A DNA stretch of 64,000 nucleotides from Patescibacteria group bacterium (lineage in GTDB: Bacteria; Patescibacteriota; Microgenomatia; UBA8517), in NCBI GenBank assembly GCA_022562395.1, contig JADFPI010000001.1:1456-65455 (forward strand), written 5' to 3'. The notes beneath the pieces were generated by a model. The model was not told the DNA's origin. It did no database searches and saw only the letters and a list, made by a program, of their open reading frames with translations. Below, one piece after another: positions 1 through 6,929 of this stretch (within the stretch, counting starts at the first letter, position 1; every line of letters starts with the position of its first letter). The position numbers and the translations under genes are program-made.

Positions 1-130
1 TTGATAATCCATATGGAGGATCGGCAAAGATCATATCGAAAGATTCCTTTCTAAATTCGGAAAGTAGTTTTAAAGAATTGCCTAAATAGAGTTTGAAGTT
101 TGGCTTTTCGTAGTAAGACTTAATCCTCAT
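1..130 (-). CDS. DNA methyltransferase, N-terminal fragment (gene runs off window start)
   Basis: Minus-strand ATG at 130-128. Translation MRIKSYYEKPNFKLYLGNSLKLLSEFRKESFDMIFADPPYGLS carries the DPPY motif IV of N6-adenine/N4-cytosine DNA MTases. Not in the ORF track because it is partial. Confidence 0.55.
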   Translation of the reverse strand, partial: MRIKSYYEKPNFKLYLGNSLKLLSEFRKESFDMIFADPPYGLS

Positions 131-331
131 GATCGGGTTTTATTTGGTATATTCATTTGACTATATGTAAGCCTTCTTGTCAAGGGTATTTAAATATATC
201 AAAGTGGGATGCATCCTGAAAGAAGAAATTCTGGCCGTATTATATCAGGTTTTGCGGCAGCAAAAAATGATCGGTGATTAATGATTTGTGGCTAGTCTGT
301 GGATTTTGGAGAGCAAAGGAGAAAAAGATTT

Positions 332-535
332 TTACTTCTTCTTACCCTGAGATTTTCGAATGGGCCAATCCACAATAGTAATTTTCCGTCCCCGAAGTTT
401 GACCACAACCTTTTGCCTCTCGCGCCAGCGGAGTTTGCGCATTATTTCAATCGGTAGGGTCAACCCCAAGCTTCGTCCGCCGCCCATTCTTGTTAGTTTC
501 CTTATATTTTTTTCGCTTAATTTCCTTCTGGCCAT
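332..535 (-). CDS. AbrB/MazE/SpoVT-family small DNA-binding protein (copy 1)
   Basis: 67 aa. RKLTRMGGGRSLGLTLPIEIMRKLRW...KVVVKLRGRKITI fits the swapped-hairpin AbrB/MazE pattern. Duplicated at 1773..1976. Confidence 0.6.
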   Translation of the reverse strand: MARRKLSEKNIRKLTRMGGGRSLGLTLPIEIMRKLRWRERQKVVVKLRGRKITIVDWPIRKSQGKKK

Positions 536-564
536 TTTAACTACTGAGTTAACTACTGAATTAA

Positions 565-584
565 CTACTGAATTAATTCAGTAG
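565..584. promoter_or_regulatory. Perfect 20-bp palindrome CTACTGAATTAATTCAGTAG in the 5' leader of the AbrB-like gene (candidate operator)
   Basis: Exact palindrome, flanked by partial AACTACTGA(A/G)TT tandem units at 539-574. Also found at 1982-2001 and 61545-61564. Confidence 0.6.
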
Positions 585-604
585 CAACTTTCTAATCTGT
601 CCAT

Positions 605-613
605 ATTTTAGCA
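605..613 (-). promoter_or_regulatory. Extended -10 promoter (rc TGCTAAAAT) for AbrB-like copy 1
   Basis: Plus strand reads attttagca; one of seven copies of the motif in the 1-5.4 kb islet. Confidence 0.5.
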
Positions 614-638
614 GAATTGGAGATTAGAGGTTATTTTT

Positions 639-965
639 CTAGGAATTCTGGGCCAAATGGGCCGCGACTTGTGCAACATTAATTGCGTTTACTCCCCAAC
701 GTATTAGATTCCCAATTCTAATAGCTTTTTCGTAAGAAAATGACAACCGGCTACCGGATGCCTTACTCAACGCATATGATCCAATTAACAATGCCGTAAC
801 TCCTGTACTAACTATGGCAGCTGTGTAAAATTCACCACCTTCAGCATATTTGTCTGCGGCAAAGCCTATTTCCTTAAAGCCCAGGCTTGAGTGGGCATAG
901 GTTGAAGTTACAACGTCCACTAAGTTAGCGGCAAAAAAGGAGGTCATTAACGCTTTCTCTTTCAT
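639..965 (-). CDS. hypothetical protein (108 aa)
   Basis: ORF with TGCTAAAAT -10 (979-987) about 14 nt upstream of the ATG and no SD. No recognisable family. Confidence 0.45.
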   Translation of the reverse strand: MKEKALMTSFFAANLVDVVTSTYAHSSLGFKEIGFAADKYAEGGEFYTAAIVSTGVTALLIGSYALSKASGSRLSFSYEKAIRIGNLIRWGVNAINVAQVAAHLAQNS

Positions 966-977
966 AATAATTGGTGG

Positions 978-1051
978 TATTTTAGCACGAAATTAAATTT
1001 TGTGATGTGGATATGAAGTCAAGAGTGTCGAGAGGTCGGACCTCTAAATTG
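978..1051 (-). repeat. Conserved ~74-bp promoter-proximal element (copy a), containing the TGCTAAAAT -10 and an AGAGGTC-G-GACCTCT hairpin
   Basis: About 90% identical to 5337..5411. The hairpin lies at 1031-1045. Confidence 0.7.
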
Positions 1052-1156
1052 TTTCAGATAGAAATAAAATATAATATGTGTTACTATATTAACATCACTA
1101 GGGAGAAACGAACGCTTGACTACGTGTCATGTCGCAACGCCTCCCACTTTTTTTGG

Positions 1157-1690
1157 TTAAATTTTAAGCTTCTCTCTCTCAAATTCTATAAAAGTTTTAT
1201 ATTTATGAAATCGCTTCAATAAAGATGACTCTGATTTTGAATTAGGAATTACGATACGAAGTAACTTTTTCTTTTTCTCTAAGTATTCGTGCAAACAATA
1301 AAAATCGCCGTCTCCTGATACTATTACTGCTCTATCATATTTCGGATACTGAATTGTTGCCGCATGTAAAACCAGCTCTGCGTCAACATTTCCTTTAGGT
1401 TTGCCCAAATTATCCTTGACTGTTGGTTTGAATACCAATTCATAACCGTAAGATTTTAAACGCCCGTAAAGCCTTCGGTTCTGTTTGATATAGCCTATGA
1501 AAAGGAAGGCTTTTTTGACACGAAATTTATCAGCTAAATATATCCTGAATTTTTTGAAATCTAGCTTCCACCCTCTATAAATTAACCTTTTGTTCCTATA
1601 AATATTCTTACTGGTGCCGAGGTTCAAATTTTGGCTATCGATGAAGGCATATATTGCTGGTCGTTTTTTGTTTTTGGAAAGTTTCGCCAT
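1157..1690 (-). CDS. NYN/LabA-like (PIN-related) domain protein, putative RNase
   Basis: IYAFIDSQNL, VDAELVLHAA and VIVSGDGDF motifs typical of NYN/LabA (DUF88). Leaderless with TGCTAAAAT -10 at 1700-1708. The 23-mer cattctggccgtattttagcacg is identical to the one before the protease gene at 5326-5348. Confidence 0.65.
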   Translation of the reverse strand: MAKLSKNKKRPAIYAFIDSQNLNLGTSKNIYRNKRLIYRGWKLDFKKFRIYLADKFRVKKAFLFIGYIKQNRRLYGRLKSYGYELVFKPTVKDNLGKPKGNVDAELVLHAATIQYPKYDRAVIVSGDGDFYCLHEYLEKKKKLLRIVIPNSKSESSLLKRFHKYKTFIEFEREKLKI

Positions 1691-1772
1691 TCTGGCCGTA
1701 TTTTAGCACGCTAAACACTTACGCGTAACGTGGCGAGCCACTTTCTTGAAGCTAAGCAGAGTAAAAAGATTT

Positions 1773-1976
1773 TTACTTCTTCTTGCCCTGAGATTTCCGA
1801 ACGGGCCAATCCACGATAGTAATTTTCTTCCCCCGAAGCCGGACTACCACCTTTTGCCTCTCGCGCCAGCGAAGTTTGCGCATAATTTCAATCGGTAGGG
1901 TTAAGCCGAGGCTTCGTCCGCCGCCCATTCTTGTTAGTTTCCTTATATTTTTTTCGCTTAATTTTCTTCTGGCCAT
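1773..1976 (-). CDS. AbrB/MazE/SpoVT-family small DNA-binding protein (copy 2)
   Basis: 67 aa, 63/67 identical to the 332..535 product. Confidence 0.6.
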   Translation of the reverse strand: MARRKLSEKNIRKLTRMGGGRSLGLTLPIEIMRKLRWRERQKVVVRLRGKKITIVDWPVRKSQGKKK

Positions 1977-1981
1977 TTTAA

Positions 1982-2001
1982 CTACTGAATTAATTCAGTA
2001 G
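1982..2001. promoter_or_regulatory. Palindrome CTACTGAATTAATTCAGTAG (copy 2 operator candidate)
   Basis: Exact palindrome in the leader of 1773..1976, followed by an extra TTAATTCAGTAG half-site. Confidence 0.6.
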
Positions 2002-2058
2002 TTAATTCAGTAGCAATTTTCTAATCTGCCTGTATTTTAGCACAGGCGAAGAATTTGG

Positions 2059-2604
2059 TTATTTTTTGATACTCACTTCAAGTGCGTCGGAGCCGACATC
2101 GTGTGTTGTGCTTTTATATTTCCCGCTTTCGCGCACATATTCCAGGAAGTCGCCCATGTCTTCTTTAAATATTTTTACATTATCCGCAACCACAACCGCT
2201 CCGTTTTGTAAGTTTCCTTCCGCCAGTTTTAAGTAATCCAAATAGTCTTCTTTCGCCGCATCAATGAACATAAAATCAAATGTAGCTGAAAGTGTTGGAA
2301 TCAGCTCTTTTGCGTAGCCTACCTTTATTTCAACTCTATCTTCAAACCCTGCTTTTTTAATATTCTCCCGGGCAATTTCTGCATTTTCCGGATCAACTTC
2401 AATAGTGACTATTTTTGTATTTGCACCAACCGCTTCAGCCATTAGTATTGCAGAATACCCCACATACGTCCCAATCTCTAAAATCCTTTTTGGCTTTTTG
2501 TCTTTAACCACATCCACAAGGACTTTACCTTTTTTAGGTCCGACAAGCATAATATGCCCCTCTGACTCAATTTTTTCTATTACTTTTTTTGCTGCGCTAC
2601 TCAT
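2059..2604 (-). CDS. class I SAM-dependent O-methyltransferase (caffeoyl-CoA OMT / YrrM-TrmR-like family)
   Basis: ILEIGTYVGYSAI is the SAM-binding motif I; FDFMFIDAAKEDY is typical of family-3 O-MTases. A TGCTAAAAT -10 at 2666-2674 leaves an about 60-nt leader. Confidence 0.75.
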   Translation of the reverse strand: MSSAAKKVIEKIESEGHIMLVGPKKGKVLVDVVKDKKPKRILEIGTYVGYSAILMAEAVGANTKIVTIEVDPENAEIARENIKKAGFEDRVEIKVGYAKELIPTLSATFDFMFIDAAKEDYLDYLKLAEGNLQNGAVVVADNVKIFKEDMGDFLEYVRESGKYKSTTHDVGSDALEVSIKK

Positions 2605-2700
2605 ATATTTATTACTTTCTACCGAGCTGGCAAGTTTTTCTTTGTCATACCCAAATTCTGCCCGTATTTTAGCACGGTTTTTAGGCTGAGGCGAAGGCGT

Positions 2701-2982
2701 TTAATTGAGATTTGTAGGTTTGTGTTTTAGCTCAGGAGGAAGAGAAACATTGTGGTGGTAAAGACCCATGAAAATTCTGTCGTAAACATCCGGGTCAATG
2801 CCACCAACCTCATCAACACAAGCTTCTATGTTCTTTTTCTGTTCTACTAAATACCTAGCCGCCTTTTCAACCTCTTCAGGAGAGTGTCTCCCGCGGAAAG
2901 CAATAACCCTCCAGGCTTTTTCACTGTATTGGGAGCCTTTTTTAGCAGTTTCAATCTGCTCTGGCGATAATCTTTCTCTCAT
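2701..2982 (-). CDS. hypothetical protein (93 aa)
   Basis: ORF with TGCTAAAAT -10 (2989-2997) 6 nt before the ATG, so leaderless. Confidence 0.45.
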   Translation of the reverse strand: MRERLSPEQIETAKKGSQYSEKAWRVIAFRGRHSPEEVEKAARYLVEQKKNIEACVDEVGGIDPDVYDRIFMGLYHHNVSLPPELKHKPTNLN

Positions 2983-3133
2983 ATGTATATTTTAGCACGG
3001 AAAGTAAAGCTCGACCGTGGACGAATCTGACAGAAAAATCGAGGGATAATTTACAAGGCAATTGGCCGATTTTTGTGTCTAACTAATATTTAGGCCTTTT
3101 AATGGCAATGATTGTTATCTGCATCTTTCTCTG

Positions 3134-3277
3134 TTACTCAACTGTGTACGGGGGCAACTTATATTTCCCCTTCTCCAGCGCTTTCAAATCCCTGTCGGAC
3201 AGATTAAAAGTTTCTTTCAAATATTTATCCTGCTTCTGCAAAGTAGTAGATTGAACTACTGGCTTTGAATCTTTCAT
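3134..3277 (-). CDS. possible small ORF (47 aa; MKDSKPVVQSTTLQKQDKYLKETFNLSDRDLKALEKGKYKLPPYTVE)
   Basis: Found by manual translation of the minus strand; below the ORF-track size cut-off. No clear SD or promoter. Confidence 0.2.
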   Translation of the reverse strand: MKDSKPVVQSTTLQKQDKYLKETFNLSDRDLKALEKGKYKLPPYTVE

Positions 3278-3350
3278 ATTTTTTAACTATTTAAAAAATC
3301 GGTTAGTTTTTACAGCTTTTCTCAGCAAGGCAAATGGCCGATTATTATGG

Positions 3351-3773
3351 CTAGTGTATCTTTCCGTTAGTGGGAAAGAGTCTTTCGAGTTTGCATTTCT
3401 CTCTATTGCTTAACCCCGGCATTGTTAAATGTATAAAAAATTGTTTCCAGTTTCTTCCGGTAGCTATCAATACTCGTTCGTCGTTTATTATTTTTATTCC
3501 TTCCCACTTATCTTCGTCTTTTGTTATTATCAGCAAATTTTCCCGCCCGTAAATGTTTCTGTAATCCAAACTATATCTTTCTTCTTCTCCGCGGTAGGAT
3601 TCTATTTCCGGTTCGTAAAGCGCGGTTCCGGAAATATCCACTCCTTTCACCTTTCTGTAACTTACAAATAGGACGTTAAAAGGAAAATCATTAAGTTCAG
3701 GCCTATCCTCGATATTTAAATTGTGGGGTATAAACGCGAAACGGTTTTTATATATAAATGTTTCAGCTATCAT
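3351..3773 (-). CDS. hypothetical protein (140 aa) under SAM-I riboswitch control
   Basis: ORF with a strong SD (AGGGAGGTGA) immediately after the riboswitch terminator. No recognisable family. Confidence 0.55.
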   Translation of the reverse strand: MIAETFIYKNRFAFIPHNLNIEDRPELNDFPFNVLFVSYRKVKGVDISGTALYEPEIESYRGEEERYSLDYRNIYGRENLLIITKDEDKWEGIKIINDERVLIATGRNWKQFFIHLTMPGLSNREKCKLERLFPTNGKIH

Positions 3774-3798
3774 TTATATCACCTCCCTTCTAAGTCAC

Positions 3799-3824
3799 GA
3801 AAAAACCTCTCCCGAAAGAGAGGT
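3799..3824 (-). terminator. Intrinsic terminator of the SAM-I riboswitch (GACCUCUC-UUUCGG-GAGAGG + U6)
   Basis: 6-bp GC-rich stem with a 6-nt loop, followed by TTTTTT on the minus strand. Confidence 0.8.
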
Positions 3825-3968
3825 CAAATCTTTGCCAACAAAAAATCGGCCAAATCTTTCCCTTCCGGGCTGGACTTGGCACCGTTTTCCTTCGACTTTA
3901 CTCAGGACCGGTTGCCGGGTGGGTCATTGAGCCAGTACTCTCGCCACCACTCTTGATTTATTGCCTTA
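3799..3968 (-). promoter_or_regulatory. SAM-I (S-box) riboswitch: aptamer (about 3847-3962) plus terminator expression platform
   Basis: Minus-strand RNA matches the S-box consensus. It has AUCAAGAG, then GGUGGCGAGAG-UACUGGCUC (P2 with k-turn-like GA), AAUGACCCACCCGGCAACC, GGUGCCAAGUCC (P3), CCCGGAAGGG (P4 GGAA tetraloop) and GAAAGAUUUGG (P1 3' strand). It is preceded by a TGGTATAAT promoter and followed by a terminator and SD. No ORF lies inside. Confidence 0.85.
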
Positions 3969-3974
3969 CGACTA

Positions 3975-3983
3975 CATTATACC
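3975..3983 (-). promoter_or_regulatory. Extended -10 (rc TGGTATAAT) driving the SAM-I riboswitch transcript
   Basis: Plus strand reads attatacca. The TSS is predicted about 7 nt downstream. Confidence 0.55.
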
Positions 3984-4002
3984 ACACCTTTTTGAGGCTG
4001 AA

Positions 4003-4048
4003 TTTGCCAGAAGTCCTTCGGCAGGCTCAGGATTAAAATCCCTCGGCA
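4003..4048. repeat. Two 21-bp direct repeats (tccttcggcaggctcaggatt / tccctcggcacactcaggatt) separated by aaaa
   Basis: 18/21 identical. They lie between the protease stop and the riboswitch promoter. Confidence 0.6.
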
Positions 4049-4051
4049 CAC

Positions 4052-5329
4052 TCAGGATTGGTCTGCATAGAACCATTCCCAGGAAGGTTCTTCTACCTCC
4101 TTAATCTTGCTTCGATTCATTTTATAAACCCCATCCTCTAAAACTGTCTGCCAGGTACCTTCATAGTAATGATAATCTACTTCTTCGTCATTCCAGTTTT
4201 TTGTTGAAAATTTAACAAAAGCAGTATCGTCGGTATTTTCGTGGGGCTCGGAAATATAAATCTCAACGTCAAGAATATCGGTGAACCTATTTGTCCACTC
4301 CTCAAAATTCGTTTTTTCAAGGTATTTACTAGATAAAAGCGCAAATCCATCCTCCATCCTCCGTGCCTTTAAATAAGTATAAAAAGCTCTAACCGCCTCT
4401 TCCGGGGAAACCGACGGATCTACTTCGATTTTAGTGATTTCGCTGTCGGTAAATTCAGCCGATAGCCCTTCTATCCAATTGGCAGGAATAAATAAAGATA
4501 AACCCGCCAGACCAAGGGTATTCACTCCTACAACTTTACCGCATATATCCACCAGAGGGCCCCCACTCATTCCTTCAACAAGATTTATATCTGTTTGGAT
4601 ATAAGCGGTGCCGGCCGATTTTTGCTCTCTGAACGAGACGTACTCACCTTTTTGGATAGTTGCTTCACCGGCTAAATCTGTTCCCAAGGCGTAACCGGCA
4701 GCAATAAGCTTTTCTCTGTCGTAAAAAACAAGTGGGTCCATCATCTCAAGGACTAAATCCGGATAGTTTTCTTTCGTAAATAAAATGGCAAGGTCATAAT
4801 ATTGGGTACCGGTAATTGTTTCCGGTGTAGCGAAGCTGCCGTCTGAAAAGATTATTTTCGGACTCGGTTCGCCGGCAATGACGTGGAAGTTGGTAAGAAC
4901 CTGATTCTCGGATATAAAAAAGCCCGACCCTTCGGAGTAGCCGCCGACTATCCTTACTACCGAATCTTTAAGTTTTTGGTCCACCCCGTATCCGCACAAG
5001 AATTTAGAGTAGTGTCCGTAGTTTGTTTGGATGTAGTCAACAATGACAAAGAGCGATGCAAAGATATAGATAACCAGTGCCGTTATAAATATCGACTTCA
5101 GAAAGTTTTTCAAACTTCTAAAAGGAAAGGTTATAGTTTCAAAAAATATTTTTATTAATGAAATTAGGGTTTTTATAAAAAACTTAATAATGTAGTAAGT
5201 TGAGTAAGTGATTGTTTTTACTGGGAAAAGATATAGGGGAAAAAGAAGCCGTTTGACGTAATTTTTGAATCTTAAATAAAGCTCGGAGATTCTTTTCTTA
5301 ACGTTTCGCTTAATCCTACCCACCTTCAT
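4052..5329 (-). CDS. membrane-anchored trypsin-like serine protease (S1C/HtrA-like)
   Basis: N-terminal TM segment. Catalytic triad contexts are TNFHVI (His), YDLAIL (Asp) and GMSGGPLV (Ser). Leaderless with TGCTAAAAT at 5339-5347. Confidence 0.8.
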   Translation of the reverse strand: MKVGRIKRNVKKRISELYLRFKNYVKRLLFPLYLFPVKTITYSTYYIIKFFIKTLISLIKIFFETITFPFRSLKNFLKSIFITALVIYIFASLFVIVDYIQTNYGHYSKFLCGYGVDQKLKDSVVRIVGGYSEGSGFFISENQVLTNFHVIAGEPSPKIIFSDGSFATPETITGTQYYDLAILFTKENYPDLVLEMMDPLVFYDREKLIAAGYALGTDLAGEATIQKGEYVSFREQKSAGTAYIQTDINLVEGMSGGPLVDICGKVVGVNTLGLAGLSLFIPANWIEGLSAEFTDSEITKIEVDPSVSPEEAVRAFYTYLKARRMEDGFALLSSKYLEKTNFEEWTNRFTDILDVEIYISEPHENTDDTAFVKFSTKNWNDEEVDYHYYEGTWQTVLEDGVYKMNRSKIKEVEEPSWEWFYADQS

Positions 5330-5336
5330 TCTGGCC

Positions 5337-5411
5337 GTATTTTAGCACGAAATTAGATTTTGTAATGTGGAGATGAAGTCAAGAGTGTCAAGAGGTCGGA
5401 CCTCTACATTG
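5337..5411 (-). repeat. Conserved ~74-bp promoter-proximal element (copy b)
   Basis: About 90% identical to 978..1051. The hairpin agaggtcggacctct lies at 5391-5405. Confidence 0.7.
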
Positions 5412-5433
5412 CCTCACTCTTTCTGTAAGACCG

Positions 5434-5462
5434 TTGACAAAAAGTAAGGAGAATGTTATAAG
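5434..5462 (+). promoter_or_regulatory. sigma70-like promoter TTGACA-N17-TATAAG for vapBC
   Basis: -35 at 5434-5439 and -10 at 5457-5462, 6 nt before the vapB ATG, so leaderless. Confidence 0.6.
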
Positions 5463-5468
5463 TAAGGC

Positions 5469-5726
5469 ATGGCAACGATAATAACCGTTACCAGTAAAGG
5501 ACAAGTGACGCTTCCTAAGAAAATTCGAGAGACCCTTGGTATTAAAAAGGGAGACCGTATTATTGCCAGGACCAAGGGTAAAAAAATAACCCTCGAGCCC
5601 GCAGGACGTGGCATTCTTGATTTTGCTGGAAAACTTGGAAAGCTTAAGGTGCCGAAAGGAAAAACAGTAGATGACCTTATACATGAGGCAACCACAGAAG
5701 TCCTTAGTAAAAATGCTCTCGGGTAA
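5469..5726 (+). CDS. vapB: VapB-like antitoxin (AbrB/SpoVT swapped-hairpin domain)
   Basis: ITVTSKGQVTLPKKIRETLGIKKGDRI motif. Overlaps the downstream PIN gene by 14 nt. Confidence 0.75.
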   Translation: MATIITVTSKGQVTLPKKIRETLGIKKGDRIIARTKGKKITLEPAGRGILDFAGKLGKLKVPKGKTVDDLIHEATTEVLSKNALG

Positions 5727-6120
5727 GATATTTGTCGACACGAACATCTTCATATACCTTCTCTATGAAGTAGATGATAAAAAACATTCTGCGTGTATCG
5801 ATTTACTTAAAAAGGCCAGGGAAGGTGAAGTAAGATTATGGACAACTGAATGGGTTATCGCTGAGCTTATATGGTTTTTACATAGAAGAAAGAAGGTTTG
5901 GAGTGAAATTGAGCTAATAGTAAATAGTATGTTGACTACTAAAGGATTGGAGATAAGAAACAAGAAGTGGCTTTTAGAGATATTGGTACCGTGCAAGAAG
6001 GTAACAGACTTTTTTGATTCTGTAAACATGTCGATTTTATTATCCGAAGGGGTGAATAGAGGCTATTCTTATGACAGGGGGCTTGATAGGTGGAGAAGCT
6101 TCAAAAGGATGGAACCGTAA
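5713..6120 (+). CDS. vapC: VapC toxin (PIN-domain ribonuclease)
   Basis: MLSGKIFVDTNIFIY holds the first PIN Asp; WVIAEL holds the Glu. Start chosen at the internal ATG 5713, since track ORF 5671 overlaps vapB. Confidence 0.75.
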   Translation: MLSGKIFVDTNIFIYLLYEVDDKKHSACIDLLKKAREGEVRLWTTEWVIAELIWFLHRRKKVWSEIELIVNSMLTTKGLEIRNKKWLLEILVPCKKVTDFFDSVNMSILLSEGVNRGYSYDRGLDRWRSFKRMEP

Positions 6121-6250
6121 CTATCTTCAAGTTGTGTCTCTCTTCGTTCGCCACAAGCAAAGCTTGATTCTCGTTGACACTCGCATTCAGCGTTTAATTC
6201 CCTGCACCATTCGGTGCAGGACTAGTCCCATGCCGGATGGTATGGGGCAT

Positions 6251-6275
6251 CCCCAAATTGTTAATTTGGGGTTTT
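6251..6275 (+). terminator. Intrinsic terminator after vapC (CCCCAAATT-gtt-AATTTGGGG + TTTT)
   Basis: 9-bp stem with a 3-nt loop, then a T-run. It follows two further hairpins at 6201-6220 and 6227-6247. Confidence 0.6.
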
Positions 6276-6284
6276 CTTGAATGC

Positions 6285-6293
6285 TGATATAAT
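6285..6293 (+). promoter_or_regulatory. Extended -10 TGATATAAT for the pepE-like gene (leaderless, ATG 6 nt downstream)
   Basis: Sequence tgatataat at 6285-6293; ATG at 6300. Confidence 0.55.
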
Positions 6294-6299
6294 TCAGAC

Positions 6300-6929
6300 A
6301 TGAAACAGCTATTTCTTACTTCCGGTGTCCATGCGGTAGCACACGATATTTCTAAAAAAGTCGACCTTTCTAAAGGCAACAAGCTTGTATTCATTGATAC
6401 CGCTGCAGAGGGTGAAAAGGGAGACAAGCAGTGGCTTAAAAACGACAGGAAAGCACTTGTAGATGCTGGGTTTGAAGTTGCGGACTACTCAATCACAGGT
6501 AAATCAAAGGACGAACTAGAAACTTACCTTCCGAAATTCGACTATATTTATCTCTCGGGCGGTAATACCTCTTACCTTTTACAGCAATCACAAAAGTCGG
6601 GGTTTATTCCTGTAATAAAAGACCTGGTTCTCAAAAAAGGAAAAACATACATTGGCACCAGTGCAGGCTCAATAATTGCCGGCCCGGTGCTACCTGTTTA
6701 TTTACTGGATGACAGCGAGGATATAAAACTAGATGACCCGAAAGGGTATGGTTTTGTTAATTTTACAATTTTGCCGCACTGGGGTTCTGAAGACTTCAAA
6801 AAGATGTATTTAGGGAAAAGATTAGAAACCGTATACAAGGAAGACCAAGTACCGTTACTACTTCTGACGGACAACCAATACGTTCATGTCCGAAACGACC
6901 AAGTGAAGATTGTTGATGTAAACGGTTGA
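6300..6929 (+). CDS. pepE: peptidase S51 (dipeptidase E-like)
   Basis: YIGTSAGS nucleophile-Ser motif and overall PepE-like layout. Confidence 0.65.
   Translation: MKQLFLTSGVHAVAHDISKKVDLSKGNKLVFIDTAAEGEKGDKQWLKNDRKALVDAGFEVADYSITGKSKDELETYLPKFDYIYLSGGNTSYLLQQSQKSGFIPVIKDLVLKKGKTYIGTSAGSIIAGPVLPVYLLDDSEDIKLDDPKGYGFVNFTILPHWGSEDFKKMYLGKRLETVYKEDQVPLLLLTDNQYVHVRNDQVKIVDVNG

Larger units (their letters stand above)
318..617 (-). repeat. AbrB-like cassette copy 1 (about 300 bp; promoter, palindromic operator and gene), about 93% identical to copy 2
   Basis: Direct comparison with 1758..2046: same CDS, same tandem AACTACTGAATT units, same TATTTTAGCA element. Confidence 0.8.
1758..2046 (-). repeat. 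AbrB-like cassette copy 2
   Basis: See copy 1. Confidence 0.8.

Noticed and set aside
976-990. TTAGCAC motif considered as a CIRCE (HrcA) half-site upstream of the HtrA-like protease.
   Set aside because: There is no matching GAGTGCTAA partner 9 nt away; the motif is better explained as the rc of an extended -10 (TGCTAAAAT).
1007-1222. Track ORF (71 aa, +) overlapping the conserved 74-bp element.
   Set aside because: It lies on the strand opposite to the promoter orientation, has low-complexity composition, and no start signals; it is likely spurious.
3056-3356. 20-bp direct repeats AAGGCAA(A)TGGCCGATT at 3056 and 3330 flanking the 47-aa small ORF (with a related GGCCGATTTTTT at 3845 rc).
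   Set aside because: They are short, imperfect and without flanking TSD or coding context; insufficient to call a mobile element.
3830-3935. Initially read the GGAA-tetraloop helix (CCCGGAAGGG with flanking helix GGUGCC.../...GGCC) as SRP RNA domain IV (ffs).
   Set aside because: The full element, including AUCAAGAG, CCCGGCAACC, GGUGCCAAGUCC and GAAAGAU together with promoter, terminator and SD, matches the SAM-I riboswitch far better. The GGAA hairpin is the riboswitch P4.
5388-5753. Track ORFs on the minus strand (121 aa, 79 aa) overlapping vapB and its promoter.
   Set aside because: They lie antisense to a well-supported TA pair with no signals; spurious.
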